From assembly GCF_009914755.1 (NCBI RefSeq), contig NC_060947.1: a stretch of DNA of 64,000 nt. One strand, 5' to 3'. Position numbers and translations under genes: made by a program. The stretch comes from the human T2T-CHM13v2.0 reference genome, Homo sapiens. Shown here one piece after another: positions 18,290 through 39,334 of this stretch. The notes under the pieces are model-generated. The model saw only the letters and a list, made by a program, of their open reading frames with translations. It made no database searches and had not been told where the DNA came from. Positions within the stretch are counted from its first letter, which is position 1. Each line of letters opens with the position of its first letter.

Positions 18290-18665
18290 ATTTAACTAGT
18301 ATTCATGGAGTGATTTCAATATATCAACACACTTTCAGAGAGGTGGGTGAATCCAGTAGTAATCAAGACAAAGTTTTTCTTTTCCTATCTTATAGTGTGA
18401 AAGACATACACAAATTTAATTAACAAATAAATGTATGTGTTAGAAATTAGGGAAAATAATAAAAGGATAGAAAGGGAGTAGACAGAGGGGTGCTATTTTA
18501 GCTAGAATCATTAGCGAAAGCTCTGAAAAGGCAACATTTGATCTGTGACCTGAACAAGGAAAAAGAGATAGGCACATGGGCACTAAAAGCATAAGAAATG
18601 AAGTGCACAGTGGCTCTGATGCAAGAGTAAGCTTGACCTGTTTGAGGAACAAGAGTAAGGCCAAC
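18290..18665 (-). mobile_element. L2 fragment
   Basis: AAGACAAAG...CTCTGAAAAGGCAACATTTGATCTGTGACCTGAA...TGTTTGAGGAACAAGAG L2 motifs. Confidence 0.65.
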
Positions 18666-19109
18666 TCTGTCTCCTAACACTGATTCTTATACTGGTATCC
18701 CAGAGAAAAACTTTATGTAAACATTACAAGCACTTACCCTGTCAGTAGATTGGTAACAACATCCTTATACAGAAGGAACAACATATTAGTTCTATCAGTT
18801 ACCTGACTTGAAGTATCAAGTGAATAAAGAAAGAAAATTCAAACCAAAAAATTTCAAAACTTGCTATCACAATTTAACATTGACTGTACTAATTTTTCTG
18901 CACCTATTAACATTTATGGATATATGCGAATACAGCTACAATATTCATGTCCTAAGGCATTTATTACCCCTATCTTTGTGAAAATTGAACTCTGCTAGCT
19001 GTGTTAAGAACAAATTATCAAACAAAGATGACCCTCTCTATTAATAGACAACTGAAAATAATTCAGTATAGACAACTGAAAACAGAAACATTGGTTTCTT
19101 AAATAAAAG

Positions 19110-19745
19110 GTGTGGTTGTGCAAGTGACAGAATCTTGAACCCAGCTAACTTACAAAAAAATGATAGATTTTTATGCTAATGTTTAATGGAGGAAAAATTC
19201 TAAAATATATCTGAGTTTTAGGTTAAGCATCATTTAGAAGCTTAAATGATGTCATTGGGGTCTGGTTTGTCTCTTTCTCTAAACTCAGCATCCTCTATGT
19301 TATTCCATTCTCAGGCAGACTCTCCAGGTAAAAATAGCAAAATGGCTGCTGGAAGATACAGGCTTTAATCTTTACAAAAACACATCCAAATAATAATAAT
19401 AATAATCAAACATGGCCATGCTGCAGAAGTCTGGGTAGCACCAGACAAATTATGGTCAATATAAATGGTGCCCCAATAGATGGGCAATGCATGTGCAACT
19501 TTGTGCCGTGTTCCTGAAAACAATGACCTCAATCTCTCTCTCTCCTCCCTTCCCCCAGTCAAAGTCTGAAGATTTATTCTCATTGATTCTCATTGGGATC
19601 TATTAGAATCTCTAAACTAATCAATGAGTTGATTGACTTAGATCAACTGGGTTACAAATTCAGCCAAAGCACAAGGTGTGAATTGAGGGTGGAGTGGACT
19701 TAATAATCAGAGGTAAATTATGGGCAGGAAAGATGTACACCACAG
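19110..19745. mobile_element. Ancient MLT1J/K-like LTR
   Basis: GGTTGTGCAAGTGACAGAA...CATTCTCAGGCAGACTCTCC...AAAATGGCTGCTGG. Confidence 0.55.
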
Positions 19746-19789
19746 TTAGGAAGTTACTTATTTCTTATAAATGCTTCTGTAAACTTTCA

Positions 19790-21720
<1,931 letters not shown>

Positions 21721-23220
21721 TGTGAAAGTAATAACGAGTTCTTTGTTGTGATCCTTGAGAGAGCTTCCAATAAAAATCACCCACATTCTCCACCCGATTC
21801 TGAAAATATTGAGAACCAAAACAAATGGTAAAATTGGTAGCCAATCTATTGTTTTTATTACTGTGAGGGGCTAAGTTGTAAGAGGAAACCTTACTTTGAG
21901 AAACAAAAGAATATGCTGAATTAACCCCACAATCAGGCAGACTTACCCATCCAGTCACTGTCACTCCAGGTCCAGAGTTTTCTACTCAAAATGGAAACAT
22001 TGTTCAGGTAAAAAATAAGGAAGGGCAGAAGAGCACTGGCAACTCTGGGGAAAGACTCACCTAGAAGAAGCAAAAGAAGAATATAGCCTATGCATTCCTA
22101 GTTATTGCTTCCAAATTTCACAAACGAGTCATGCATGGTTCCCAGAAACAGTGATTAAAGGTCCAGCATGGAGAGAGGGCTAGAATGTGCTTAAGTAAAA
22201 ATGCTTCCTTATGAAAACTCCAGGGTCAGGAAATATGTTTCTCTTGTAATATTATTAATCGTTTTATTTCCAGGGTTTAGTTCATGGGCCTGATACACAG
22301 TCAATCCTTAATGATTTCTGAAAGAATAAACAATGGTTAAATGTATAACCAACTGCAAGAGGGATGAAAAATATAAACAACTGCAATGAAAGTAACAACT
22401 GTCAACCAAGAAGATACTTTCAGAACATGCTTTTAAAGTATATGTAATTTTTTAAAAAGTAGATTAGTACTGGGCATACATTTACAATGAATTGCTGTTT
22501 TCCTACTATGTCTTATGATAAAAAAAGAAGTAGCTTAGAGGTAGCAGATAACCTGTTTTGACAAGAAAATAATAAGTGTGTTGAATTTTTTTTCTGATAT
22601 TGATAAGATGTTATATTTGAAGGGTGAGCAAATTGGCTGCTGGGATCTTGATAATCCAATAAATGGACTTTCTGCCTAGGCTAAATTTTCATAAAATGTA
22701 TTTTTATAATTTCTTAGAGGCATATTTTAGTTGCTTTTGAATGTGCTACTTTGAATGTCATGAGTTTCAACAGACTATAATCAGTGCTCTCTGAAGCAAG
22801 CAATTTTGCCTGTTATTTCAGCACTTTGATTAATTGCATGTTGACAGATCACATGCCGACCTGAAGAAACAGTCTTTTACATGTTGTTCATTCAGGCTGA
22901 TAGCTGGACTCCCTTTTTATATTTTTTCTTTCACATCCCTTGAAACTCAGGTCTGAGCTTCCCATTTTAGTTTTGCTCATCCTGTAATATTTACTGGAAA
23001 TAGTAATTCGAGTTAAAGGTGAATTCCTCTGCTAGGATTTAAATCTTTTCCTTTCATTGTAGTGTATCTTAGAGGGACGCATTGTGATTAATCCTTACTT
23101 TTAGCCTCAGCTTCTAGTTAATAATATAAATTATTTGGTTGGAAATCTAGGTTCTATAATATTGCATTTTTATATCTATTGAAACTATAAAATGTGTGAC
23201 AAAGTATTTTGAGAATTTTA

Positions 23221-23283
23221 TTTCAATAGAAATAAAATTGAAATTTCAATAGAAATAAAATTGAAATCTATTTCAATAGATAT
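23221..23283. repeat. 23-bp tandem duplication with inverted copies
   Basis: TTTCAATAGAAATAAAATTGAAA x2 (23221-23266) plus a third partial copy. Confidence 0.9.
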
Positions 23284-23514
23284 TTACTGAACATTTTCTT
23301 TGTGTAGGATATATCAAGCTGGGTACTTGGACAAATACAACTGTTTACTAGCAAGGAATTTAAACCAAATTAGGTATCTGAAGACAAATTCTTAAATGTC
23401 AAACAGGCAGAATGTGACAAATTTGATGAATTAACACGTATAGAGCTTACTATTAATTCTCAAAACAAGGTAGATTATATCCAGTTTGGGATACCCAATA
23501 TCCAATAATGGGAT

Positions 23515-24135
23515 GTTTCCATTAAAAATTGCTGCATAACAACTCATCCCAAAGTTTTGTGGCACAAAACAATTAACATTCAATTATGTTTATTATTACA
23601 GAGCAATGACTGTAGCCTCAGCTAGGGTGGATTAAATAGCTTTAGGTTTCTCAAACAGCTAGCTGTGGCTGGGATAACTTAAAGGGTTACATATGTCTGG
23701 GGTATTGACTCTGGCTAGTGGCTGAAATTTTTTTCCCTCTCTGTTTTGTCTGCCAAGACTGTAATTTCCTATATGTCTTTTTAACTCACGTATCTTTTAC
23801 GTATAATGGGATGGCCAGAATAACAAGGGCTGGCCAAGCATCTCTCTCTCTCCGCACAGCCCCTCAATGTTGGAAGCTTGGGTTTCTTTATACCATGATA
23901 GTTCCAGATAGTCAAACTTCTTTCACGGCAGTAGACTTACCCCAGGGCCAACAACCCAAGTCTCGGGATGGAAGCTGCTGATTTCTTAAGGCCCAGATCT
24001 GGGACCTGTCCTAGTGTCACTTCTATCATTTTATATTAGTCAAAGTAGTCACAGAGCCCAGAGAAATTAAAGGGGAGGACACATAGACCCCACCTCTCAG
24101 TGAGAGAAGTACCAACATATTTATGGCAATCCTTA
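23515..24135 (-). mobile_element. MLT1G/H-like MaLR LTR
   Basis: TTGCTGCATAACAACTCATCCCAAA...GTCACTTCTATCATTTTATATTAGTCAAAG...ATAGACCCCACCTCTC. Confidence 0.7.
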
Positions 24136-27100
24136 CTAGCTAAAGGGGATCAGAAAAGCCCTAAGAGAAGAGGTAGCATCTGAAATTGTTTTTAGAGGAT
24201 GGGGAGAATTTTGACAGGCAACATAATATGATAGGTAGTTAAGGTAATGAGATGCACGTGAGTACACATGAAGGTAAAAAATCAGAGTGACTGACATATC
24301 CAGAAACAGTAAACTAGCAGTTTATAATGTCTATGGAATGACATACAAATAATATACATGTGGTTGAAAACTGCAAATATAATAGTTAATATAATTGGTC
24401 TAAAGGTTTCGCACCTCCTAATAGAACACAACATTTAAACTCTTCCTCTGATCAAATGATAATATCTAATTTTTCTTCTTTTATGAGATGTTTTCCAGAT
24501 ATCTTCTTTATATTGGATATCGGTGAGTCAGATCAGTTGCAGCTTGAGTTAAAATCACTAGTTAGCATTTATTTTTACTGGAGAGTAATTAGACTGAAAG
24601 AAATACTGCATGTCTATTTCTTTGAGACATAAATTGCCTGCTTTAGTAGAATATTTCAAGCCCTGGTCAATTGTGTATATGGATAACAATGATTTATCTC
24701 CATACAGTTTCTACTTATCATAGTGATACAGAAAGAAATCTATAACATTACTGAACACAATTAGTGCTGTTAAATTTGCCACTTAATTAACACTGACCCA
24801 CAGGGTCATCATCTAAAGAAATTATTTGGAAAAACAAATATGCATCTCATCTCCTTTGGTATTCTTGGATTTCTAATATTTGTTTTCATCAGTTTTATCA
24901 TCTCTCTGACCCTAGAAGCATAAGAAGAGTCATATTTTTGTGATTCCCCAAAAATCATGAGAAAAATTAAAGTTTAAAAAATTCTGCAGCCCCAAAACTA
25001 AATTAAAGTAAGGTAACCAAACTGTGACTATCAAGGGCACTTCAGAGTTCAAATGAATAGTGAGACAAGAAGCTGAACAAGACCGAAGAGGATGTACTAT
25101 AACATAATTAGTGATCTGCACAGATTGTGCAGTGAAGAGAATAAAATAATCAATGTAAACACAGTCAAAAGAGATTAAGTATTTGGCGAATAATCTTTCG
25201 TAAATTAGTACTTAGTTCTTATGATATCTAGAAAACCTTAAATTGACTCACACATTTTTAGTTTGTCAGGTTTTTTGAGAAATTGAAAGAGAGAGAGAGA
25301 AAATACATGCTCCGGTCCAACTGTCTGTGTTGAACCAAGACCCTGAACACTTCATCAGTCTGAAAGATCATGGGGTGATGGCATTACTTCATTTTGATAC
25401 AACTAACTACAGATACCAAAGATTTAACATTTTTATATGTAAGAAATATACCTACTTATTAATTGCTAAATCCCTCATCCTTTATACTTTCTTCCCCTTC
25501 AGCTTTATTATTCTATCTGTTATCTGGTCAAATATGCCCTAATAGTCTAATACATATTCTGGCATGAAAATTCCTGAGTTAGTGTTTGAACTGGTCATGT
25601 TTATGACTTAACATTCAGACCATTGATTGATGAATCACTCATGATCCTTCCTAAAAAGCATTTCTATTTTTCTTAGAGCTCATGAGTACTTTGCTATTAG
25701 TGTCTTCATAATATCAAAAACAGTGTCTTTCCTTAGTAAAAGTTGGACTGCTATCTGACTTTGACATTCCAGTAAATGAATTTATTCAGGTTGCATGAAA
25801 ACTTTCAGCCCAACTTCTTACCTAGAACTTTTCTTTGAGCAGGATGAAGCACAGCAGTTGGAACTAGTTTTCTTCTAGTAACAAAAATGGAGAATAGAAG
25901 TAATATAAAATTACCTAAAACCAGTTTTTGTTGAGTTTTGAAATTCTCCGATATTTGCTTACCTTTTAAATTACATTGACCTTCTCTGGTCATTCTCAAA
26001 TGCTTACATTTTTATTATTACTTTTCTCCAATTTCCTAATTCCTATCTCTCGAAAAATTTAACTATTTACACAAGGCTCTCAAATGAAAAATGACAGTGT
26101 GCATGGTTTATCAGTTTTAATTTCATAAATTGTTGGATCAAGGAGTAAGCATAACTACCAGAGCCATTTATGACCCTGAATGCTTTATCTTATAAGAAAT
26201 GATTTATATTTCTTTAATACATCCGACTATAATTGTGTTTAGCTGTAAGCCCCTACTCACTCTGACCATCTAGACTGCTAGTTTTGTGGATTGTTATGTG
26301 GTATCAATGACATTACACTTGGACATGCCTCTAGCTCCTTCACCAGGGTAAAAATCTTACCTCTTTCATCTACTAGATGGAGGCCAATAGCTCTCCCATG
26401 GTAGGTAAATTGTCCACGGTCTCTCTAGATTTTATATATCCACATGATGCCTAGTCTCTATTCATTCAAATATAAAATGTTAAACTACCAATCAGTGTAT
26501 ACAATTAGAATGGAAACATTTGATGATCAAGAGCTTTTAATATAAATATTTATGAGGCCGATAAAATACATTCAATACTACTTATAATTATTAATATAAA
26601 TTGGAATAAAGAATGTATAAGGAAGGCTTGAAAACACAGTAGCATCTTTGATATCTGGATATATACGGTTCTTAGAATTACTTTGAAGTTTTAAATATAC
26701 AGAGAGAAGAATAAGGGAGTAAATGACAAAAGTATTCACCTTTCCACCATCTTGGGTACCAATTTTATTGAATGAAAAAATGTTAAATATTCCCAAAGTC
26801 ATAATATTTCCAAAATAGAAATTAAATGTTTGCAACTAAGAAACTTCACTCCTCTCAGAGAACCTATATTCCACACTACTTTGCACTGATATATTAGAAC
26901 ATGAAGATCTAATATTAAATAAATGGCATATGAATTATGATGAGATTATATAGCCAAGAGAATAGATGTTTATTTATAAGATATTAGCAACAATGACTCA
27001 TTAAACTTAGGTTCTGGTAAATGGTCTTCTTCTAACATATGTGACGGGATCTACAGTTTACAGTTTGCTACAGACCACGGGGGAACATTTTCTCCTTTTC

Positions 27101-28178
27101 AGTCTTGAGCTACATGTTATGCCAAGAAGACTGGATTCAGTAACTCATGATGTCTACCTACCCTGAGAGTTGATGGAAAAGCACTGGACTTCTAGTCATT
27201 TTCTATGTAGTCTTCATCACCTTTCCTAATTATTTCCTCAGTAAGTTATTCAATACTTGGCACTTCACATGATTTTACTGAAACCAGTGCTTCAAACCTC
27301 ATTAGCTACCTGGCTGCTCCTCAGTTCCTCTCATCTCCACTATAGGTGGGCAGAAAGCTATCAAAAAGTAAAGGTGAGGAGAACTGGGAAGATGGTGGAA
27401 TGCAAGGGAGCGTTCTGGGGAACGAAAAGTCTTCACCTTACTTTCCTTAATGCAAAAGGTAGAAATGGAAACGAAGTTTCTTGATTATTTGTCTGTTCAA
27501 TTGCTGTATATCAAAGAGACAAATGCAAGTGTTCAGAACTTCCTGTATTTAATTAGAAATCCTTGATCTTTGTAGATACTTATTTTCTACCAGAGCAAAC
27601 TGTTCTGGAGATTTATAATGGATTTTGTAATAATGTACTTTTCTATTTTTTTGATCCTCATCTAAACTAGCTCAATCCTTTTGCCAACAGCTTTTTCCCT
27701 TAAAAAAGAATATTATTTTCCACCTATAAAATGGTAATGTATTTAAAAGAAAACAAGAAAGCTGCAGTAATTTAAATTGCTATTACCTAGAATAAATACC
27801 ACAGTTTTCAAACCTGTTTACCAGATATTTAAAAAGTACCTCAGGCAATTTAGGTTCATATTTCACCCTGGGAAGATGGGGCCTCCTACTAGGTATATTG
27901 TTAACCTAAATTGGCTGTACCCAGTGGGAATTAATTTTCCCTAACCACTTATTTGTGAGGATTATCTCTAACATAACAATTATCCTCTTAAAACTGATTT
28001 TCTTGAAATTTTATGCTGAGTTCATAAAATGGTTGTGTTATTTCCTATTACACATGGTCATTATAAAGCTGCTTATGAAACATTTTAGAAATAAATAAGT
28101 TATAACATGATCAATAAAGAGAAATTATCCTAAATTCAGAATGAGATTATCTCTTGTTTAACAGGTAAGACTGTTTTA

Positions 28179-28580
<402 letters not shown>

Positions 28581-28829
28581 GAAGTATAATTTATAATTGA
28601 TTGCTATAAGAAGAAGACTAATCTGGATGGGAGGAAAAGACAACAACAACCTTTAGCTGGATTTACACTTGAAAGAATGAAAATTTCAGCTGGTGTGTTT
28701 ATGAGACAGTGGCTCACAAGTATGGTCTTTGGATATAGCTAATTACTGTTGTATCTTCATGTGCTCAGCTTGAGTTAGTTTACCATATCACAAAAAGAGT
28801 CTAATATAAGATTATATCTAACATCCCAT

Positions 28830-29620
28830 ATTCAAAAACCAATCTTATCTAGAATATAGAAAAACTTTTTTACAAATCAATAATAAAAACCCATACAATC
28901 CAACTTAAAATCATAATGAGATACCACCAAACATGCAGCAGATTGGCTAAAATTAGAGAGTAAAAAAGAAAACGCTCAATTGGTGAGGATATGGCAAAGA
29001 GAGAAAACAGAAACTATTATTCATTGCTGGTTGAAATATAAAATTATACAAAAACTCAAGACAACTGTTAGGCCATTTCTTATCAGTTTAAATATATACA
29101 TACCCTAAAACTTGACTATTCTGTTTTTTTGGTACGTTATCCCAGAGCAATAAAAATATCAATGCACAAACAGATTTTTATAGTTACAGCAGCCATGTTT
29201 ATAACAGCAAAAACCTAGAAACAACCACAATCCATCAAGAATGGATAAACACATTTTGGTATCAAAAATAAACTACTGTCAAAAACGCAACAACATGAAT
29301 GAATTTAGAAAATAATATATTATACAAAAGAAACCAGACACAAAAACATGCATATTATATAATTCCATTTATTTGAAGGCCAAAAACAGGCAGAATATAA
29401 TTTATGATGATAGAAATCAGAAAGTGGGTATCATAGGGACATGGTAGAGATGGACTGGACAAGGGCATGAGGGAAATTTTGCAGTGGTGGAAACTACATT
29501 TTGTTTTTGGTGGTAGATATATGAGTATACACAATCAACAAAATTCCTTAAACTTGAACAATTAAGATGTGTGAACTTCATTGTATGTCGCATATCCCTC
29601 ATTAAAAATAAACAAGAATA
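28830..29620 (+). mobile_element. Old L1MC/ME 3' region
   Basis: ATAATGAGATACCAC...GGCTAAAATT, AACCTAGAAACAACC, AAAGAAACCAGACACAAAA. Confidence 0.7.
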
Positions 29621-29659
29621 ATTAAATATAAAATAATTCTTCTGGCACCAAAATATACA

Positions 29660-30693
29660 CAGTTTACTCTCAAACAACATAGGTTTTAATGTGCAGGTCC
29701 ACTTATACATAGATTTTTAAAAATAAATATATATTACAAAAATTTTTGGAGATTTGTGACCATTTGAAAATCTCACAGGTGAACCACATAGCCTAGAAAT
29801 TTTGAAAAAAAAGTCAGGTATATCATGAAGGCATAAAATATTTGTAGATACTAGTTTATTTTATTATGTACTACCATAAAATATATACGAATCTATTATA
29901 AAAAGTTATACTTCATCAAATATTAAGCACACAGTTACAGACTAGACATGGCACCATTCACAGTCAAGAGAAGTGTAAACAAACCTAAAGAAGAAGTGTT
30001 AAATCATAATTGTATAAAATTAACTATAGTACATATTGTACTGCTTTAATACTTTCATAGCTACCTCCTGTTGCTATCACTGTGAACTCAAGTGTTGCAA
30101 ATGTACACTTAAAACACCATGTGATACTAGTCATCTCCACAGGACTAGTTGTCTCCCCAGTAAATTGCATATCACAGTAAAAAGTGATCTCTTGAGATTC
30201 TTGCATATTTTTCATCGTATGTAGTGCAATACCGTAAACCTTTAGTAACACCGTGGGTCCCATGTGAAGTGCACTAGTGATGCTTGAAGTGGTCCCAAGA
30301 AGCAGAGAAAAGCCATCACATTACAAGACAATTTGAATTGCTTGATATATAATGTAGATTGAGGTCTGCAGCTGCAGTTGCCTCCCATATCAGACAGATG
30401 ATTCATCTTGTAAACAGATGATGTAAACTTATGGCATTGATAAATACATTACTGTAAATGCATTTTCTCTTTTTAAAGATTTGCTTTTCTCTATCTTACT
30501 TTCTTGTAAGAATACCATATAGAATACATGGAACGTACAATATATGTGTTAATAGACTGTTTATGTTAAGGGTAAGTCTTCCAGTCAAGAGTAGGCTATT
30601 AATAGTTAAGTTTTGATGGAGTTAAAACTTTTATGTGGATTTTCGACTGTGTGAGTTTTCTGGCACACCTAGTCCCTCACATTGTTCAAGGGG
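29660..30693. mobile_element. Tigger2b-like non-autonomous TcMar DNA transposon
   Basis: Left terminus CAGTTTACTCTCAAACAAC...GGTCCACTTATAC; right GGATTTTCGACTG...TTGTTCAAGGG; ~1 kb. Confidence 0.8.
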
Positions 30694-30779
30694 TATAAAT
30701 CCTGATCACCCAAATATTAGAATTCACTAGAAAATTTTACTTTAATTCTTAAGTCTAAACGTCATTATTAGTAATAGCA

Positions 30780-31645
30780 TTTAACACATTTATTGAGATA
30801 GAACTCACATTCCATACAATTCACCGATATAAACTGTACAATTGAATGACTTTTAGTATATTCAGATAGTTGAGCATCATCACCACAATCATATTTAGAA
30901 TATTTTCAATTTCCCAGAAGGAGTGCCATCTCCTAACAATCGTCTTATTTCCCTCAGCCCTAGACAACCACTAATCTACTTTCTGTCTGAGTAGATTTGA
31001 CTATTGCGATCATTTTATATATACAGAATTATATAACGTGTGACTTACTGTGTCTGGCTTCTTTCACTTAGCATATGTTTTCCTGTTTTCCATATTGTAG
31101 CATACATGATTATTTAATTCCTTTTTATGGAAGAATAATATTTTCTTTACTGATACAGCACAATTTGTTCACCCATTTATTAGTTGATGGACATCTGGGT
31201 TGTTTCTACTTTTTGTTCTTGTGAATACTACTGTTATGAACATTCATGTAGAAGTATTTGTTTGAATATCTATTTTCAATTCTCTTGGCTATATACCTAG
31301 GAATGGAATTGCTTGATCGTATGGTAACTCTATGTTTAACTTTTTGAGGAACTGATAGACTGTTTTTCAAAGTGGCTGCAACATTTTACATTTCTACCAG
31401 TAGTGTATGAGAGTTCTGATTTCTCCATATCCTTGGTAACACTTGTTATTATCTTTTTTTATTACAACCATCCTAGTGTGTGTGAAGTGGTATTTCTTTC
31501 CGGCTTAGATTTGCATTTCCCTGATGGCTAATGATGTTGAGCATCTTTTCATCTGCTTAATGGCTAGTTGTATAACTTCTTTAAAGAATTGTCATTCATA
31601 TCCTTTGGCCATTTTAATGCGTGATTTGTCTTTTTACTCTTGAGT
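30780..31645 (-). mobile_element. L1MB-like 3' end
   Basis: TTTATTGAGATAGAACTCACATTCCATACAATTCACC...TATATACCTAGGAATGGAATTGCT. Confidence 0.85.
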
Positions 31646-31659
31646 TTAACTTGAGTTAG

Positions 31660-32612
31660 GATGGTGTGATCAGGGCCCCAGTATTCTCATTCTACTGTGC
31701 TTGGTGTTGAACCTCTATCTTTAGAGTCCAGGCTGGATGGAAGAAGTGACTATCCAACCTCTAGGCTGTATTGACCAAAAAATTTGCCTCTTAAACTTGG
31801 AGTTAGAGGGGCTGAGAAATGCTGGCAGATTGCTCCTCCTGGTGAGATATGTTGTATTAATATCCAGGGGCTTGCATGACAAAGAACCCCAGACTCAGTG
31901 GCTTAAAACAACTGAAATTTCTTTCACAGTTCTGGAAGCAAAAAGTATAAAATCAAGGCTGAGTAGGGCCATACTTCCTCTGAAAAGCTCTAGGAAAGAA
32001 TCCTTCTTTGCCTCCTTCTTGCTTCTGATGGTTGCTAAAAATCTTTGTCATCCCTTGGGTTGTAGCTACGTCACTCCGCTCTCTGACTTTGTTATTTACA
32101 TTCCCTCTGTGTGTGTCTTCTGTGTGTCTATATAAGAAATCTTTCTCTGAATAATGACAGGAGAAACTGGATATAGGGTCTACCTTAATCTAGAAAGACA
32201 TCAATTTAACTTGATTATATCTGCAAAAGCTATTTCAAAACACAGTCAATTTCACAGATACTGGACTAGGAATTGACACGACTTTTTGGGGCACACAATT
32301 CAACCCATCATATACAGTAGCCCTTGATGAGAAGGTGAAGGGAGAAGGAGAATTGCTTGTCTACACCCAGCCAGAATGTAGCTTCCCCCAACCTGACCTA
32401 AGGGCAGATGTAGATGAAATTGGTCATGGCTCAAATACCACATATTCTCACTATTCTTACTGAGCTTTAGTAAATTTTTTGACCAAATTAATTTGCTATA
32501 TGCTATTAAAACAATCTCCAGAAACTTTGAATGTTTATTACATAGTTTTCACTAGTATTGCTTATTTCCTTAAAGAATGGGTAATGGAGCTCCTTGCACT
32601 ACCATTCTAGAA
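31660..32612 (-). mobile_element. Probable old L1M 5' UTR, split by MLT1C
   Basis: Ends CACTACCATTCTAGAAGTGGAACTC, resembling an L1M4-type 5' terminus; recognition from memory only. Confidence 0.45.
31853..32312 (-). mobile_element. MLT1C-like MaLR solo LTR
   Basis: TGTATTA...GGCTTAAAACAAC...CACAGTTCTGGAAGC...ACACAATTCAACCCATCATA. Confidence 0.82.
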
Positions 32613-32634
32613 GTGGAACTCCTCAAGGAATAGA

Positions 32635-32850
32635 ATTTTAATGCTTTTTTATGTGACAGAAACTGTGTTAAACATTTTATCAATAATAATAATTGAATAT
32701 TTGGCACAATTGTAAGAATTGAGTAAAATATAAACCCAATTTTATAGGTAAGGAAACCAAAACTCATAAAAATAAGTAAAATCCTCAGGACCCTATAGCT
32801 TTAAAGTACGAACATAGACCAAGGTTCACCTAACTCCAAGTCTGCTAATT
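32635..32850 (-). mobile_element. MIR fragment
   Basis: CCAATTTTATAGGTAAGGAAACCAAAACTCA core-SINE motif. Confidence 0.6.
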
Positions 32851-32854
32851 TTCT

Positions 32855-37978
<5,124 letters not shown>

Positions 37979-38263
37979 TTTTTTTTAAGAGGTGGGGACT
38001 CTCTCTGTTGCCCATGTTGAAGTATAGTGGATCACTCATAGTTCACTCTACCCTCAAACTCATGGGATTTAGCAATCCTCCTGCCTCGGCCTCTCAAGTA
38101 GCTGAGACTACAGTTGCATGCCACCACACCTGGCTAAATTTTTGCAGAGATGAGGTCTCAGTACGTTACTCAGGCTGATCTTGAACTCCTGATCTCAAGT
38201 GATCCTCCTGCCTTGGCCTCCCAAAGGTGCTGGGATTACAGACGTGAACCATCATACCCAGCC
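37979..38263 (-). mobile_element. AluJ
   Basis: CATAGTTCACT...CAATCCTCCTGCCTC...CTCAAGTGATCCTCCTGCC J-type diagnostics. Confidence 0.88.
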
Positions 38264-38634
38264 TTGTACTTTTAAAGACGATACTGCTTACTCCTCCACA
38301 TATGCTGAAATTAAATCACTCTCAGATTTGATGTGGACTAATGTGAATGACTTTGCATCTCTATAGATTCTCAAATGTAACAAACTGGGTATTTAAGCTA
38401 TTTTCATTATTTCAAAAGACCCAATAGAAATTACATGCTTCTAAGTAGTATAACAGCACAGGCCTATCAGAAAAAGTGAGAGAGACAATAGCTGTCTGAA
38501 TGTCAAGTTGCTTTAGAATGAAAGCAACTTCTCTCAGTAGTATCTTTATGTTAACTTTTGTCAATAAGCAGCTCTGATATGAACATTTATGTAATTAATA
38601 CAAATAGAGAAAAAGGTTATTACTCTAAAGAGTT

Positions 38635-39122
38635 TGTATTAGTCAGGACTCTCCAGAGAAACAGAAACAAAGGAGACAGAAATATATAAATAAAAGGAGT
38701 TTTATTATAGGAATTTGTTCCCACAGTTATGGAGGCTAATAAGTTCCATGTTCGCTGTCTGCAAGCTGAAGAACCAAGGAAAGCTGGTGGTGTAATTCAC
38801 TCTGAGTCCGAAGGCCTGAGAATGGGAGTGTGAGGAAGAGGCAGTTACGGTGTAAGTGCCAGTCAGGATCTGAAGGACATGAACCAGCAGCGCTGATGTC
38901 CAAGGGTAGAAGATGGATGTCTTGGCTCAGGCAAAGAGTAAATTCACCATTTTTTGTTCTCTTTAGGCCCTCAAAAGATTGCACCTGCATTTGTGAGGAC
39001 AATCTTCTATACTCAGTCTAACTCAAATGCTATCTCTTCCAGAAATACTCTTCACAGACACAAGCAGAAATGTTTTACCAGCTATCTGAATATCTTTTAG
39101 CCCATTTAAGTTGACACGTATT
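38635..39122 (-). mobile_element. MLT2 (ERVL) solo LTR
   Basis: TGTATTAGTCAGGACTCTCCAGAGAAACAGAA...CTGCAAGCTGAAGAACCAAGGAAAGC...AAGTTGACAC. Confidence 0.85.
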
Positions 39123-39334
39123 AATAAATGAATTGTCACAGTGCCATTTATTAGACAAAATATTTGTGTATATGTGTTCTATGAAAAAAAATGACCGAAG
39201 TCATTTTTGTACAAATTTTGGAACCCCTGACACAAAGAGTTCCTTGAATTTTTCAGATACCATTCATTTATCTGATAAAAGTTTTGAAAGATTTCTCTCA
39301 GTCTGTGAATTATGTTTTCATGAACTTAACAACA

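Noticed and set aside
25116-25132. CTGCACA-GAT-TGTGCAG hairpin
   Set aside because: A 7-bp stem is expected by chance in 64 kb
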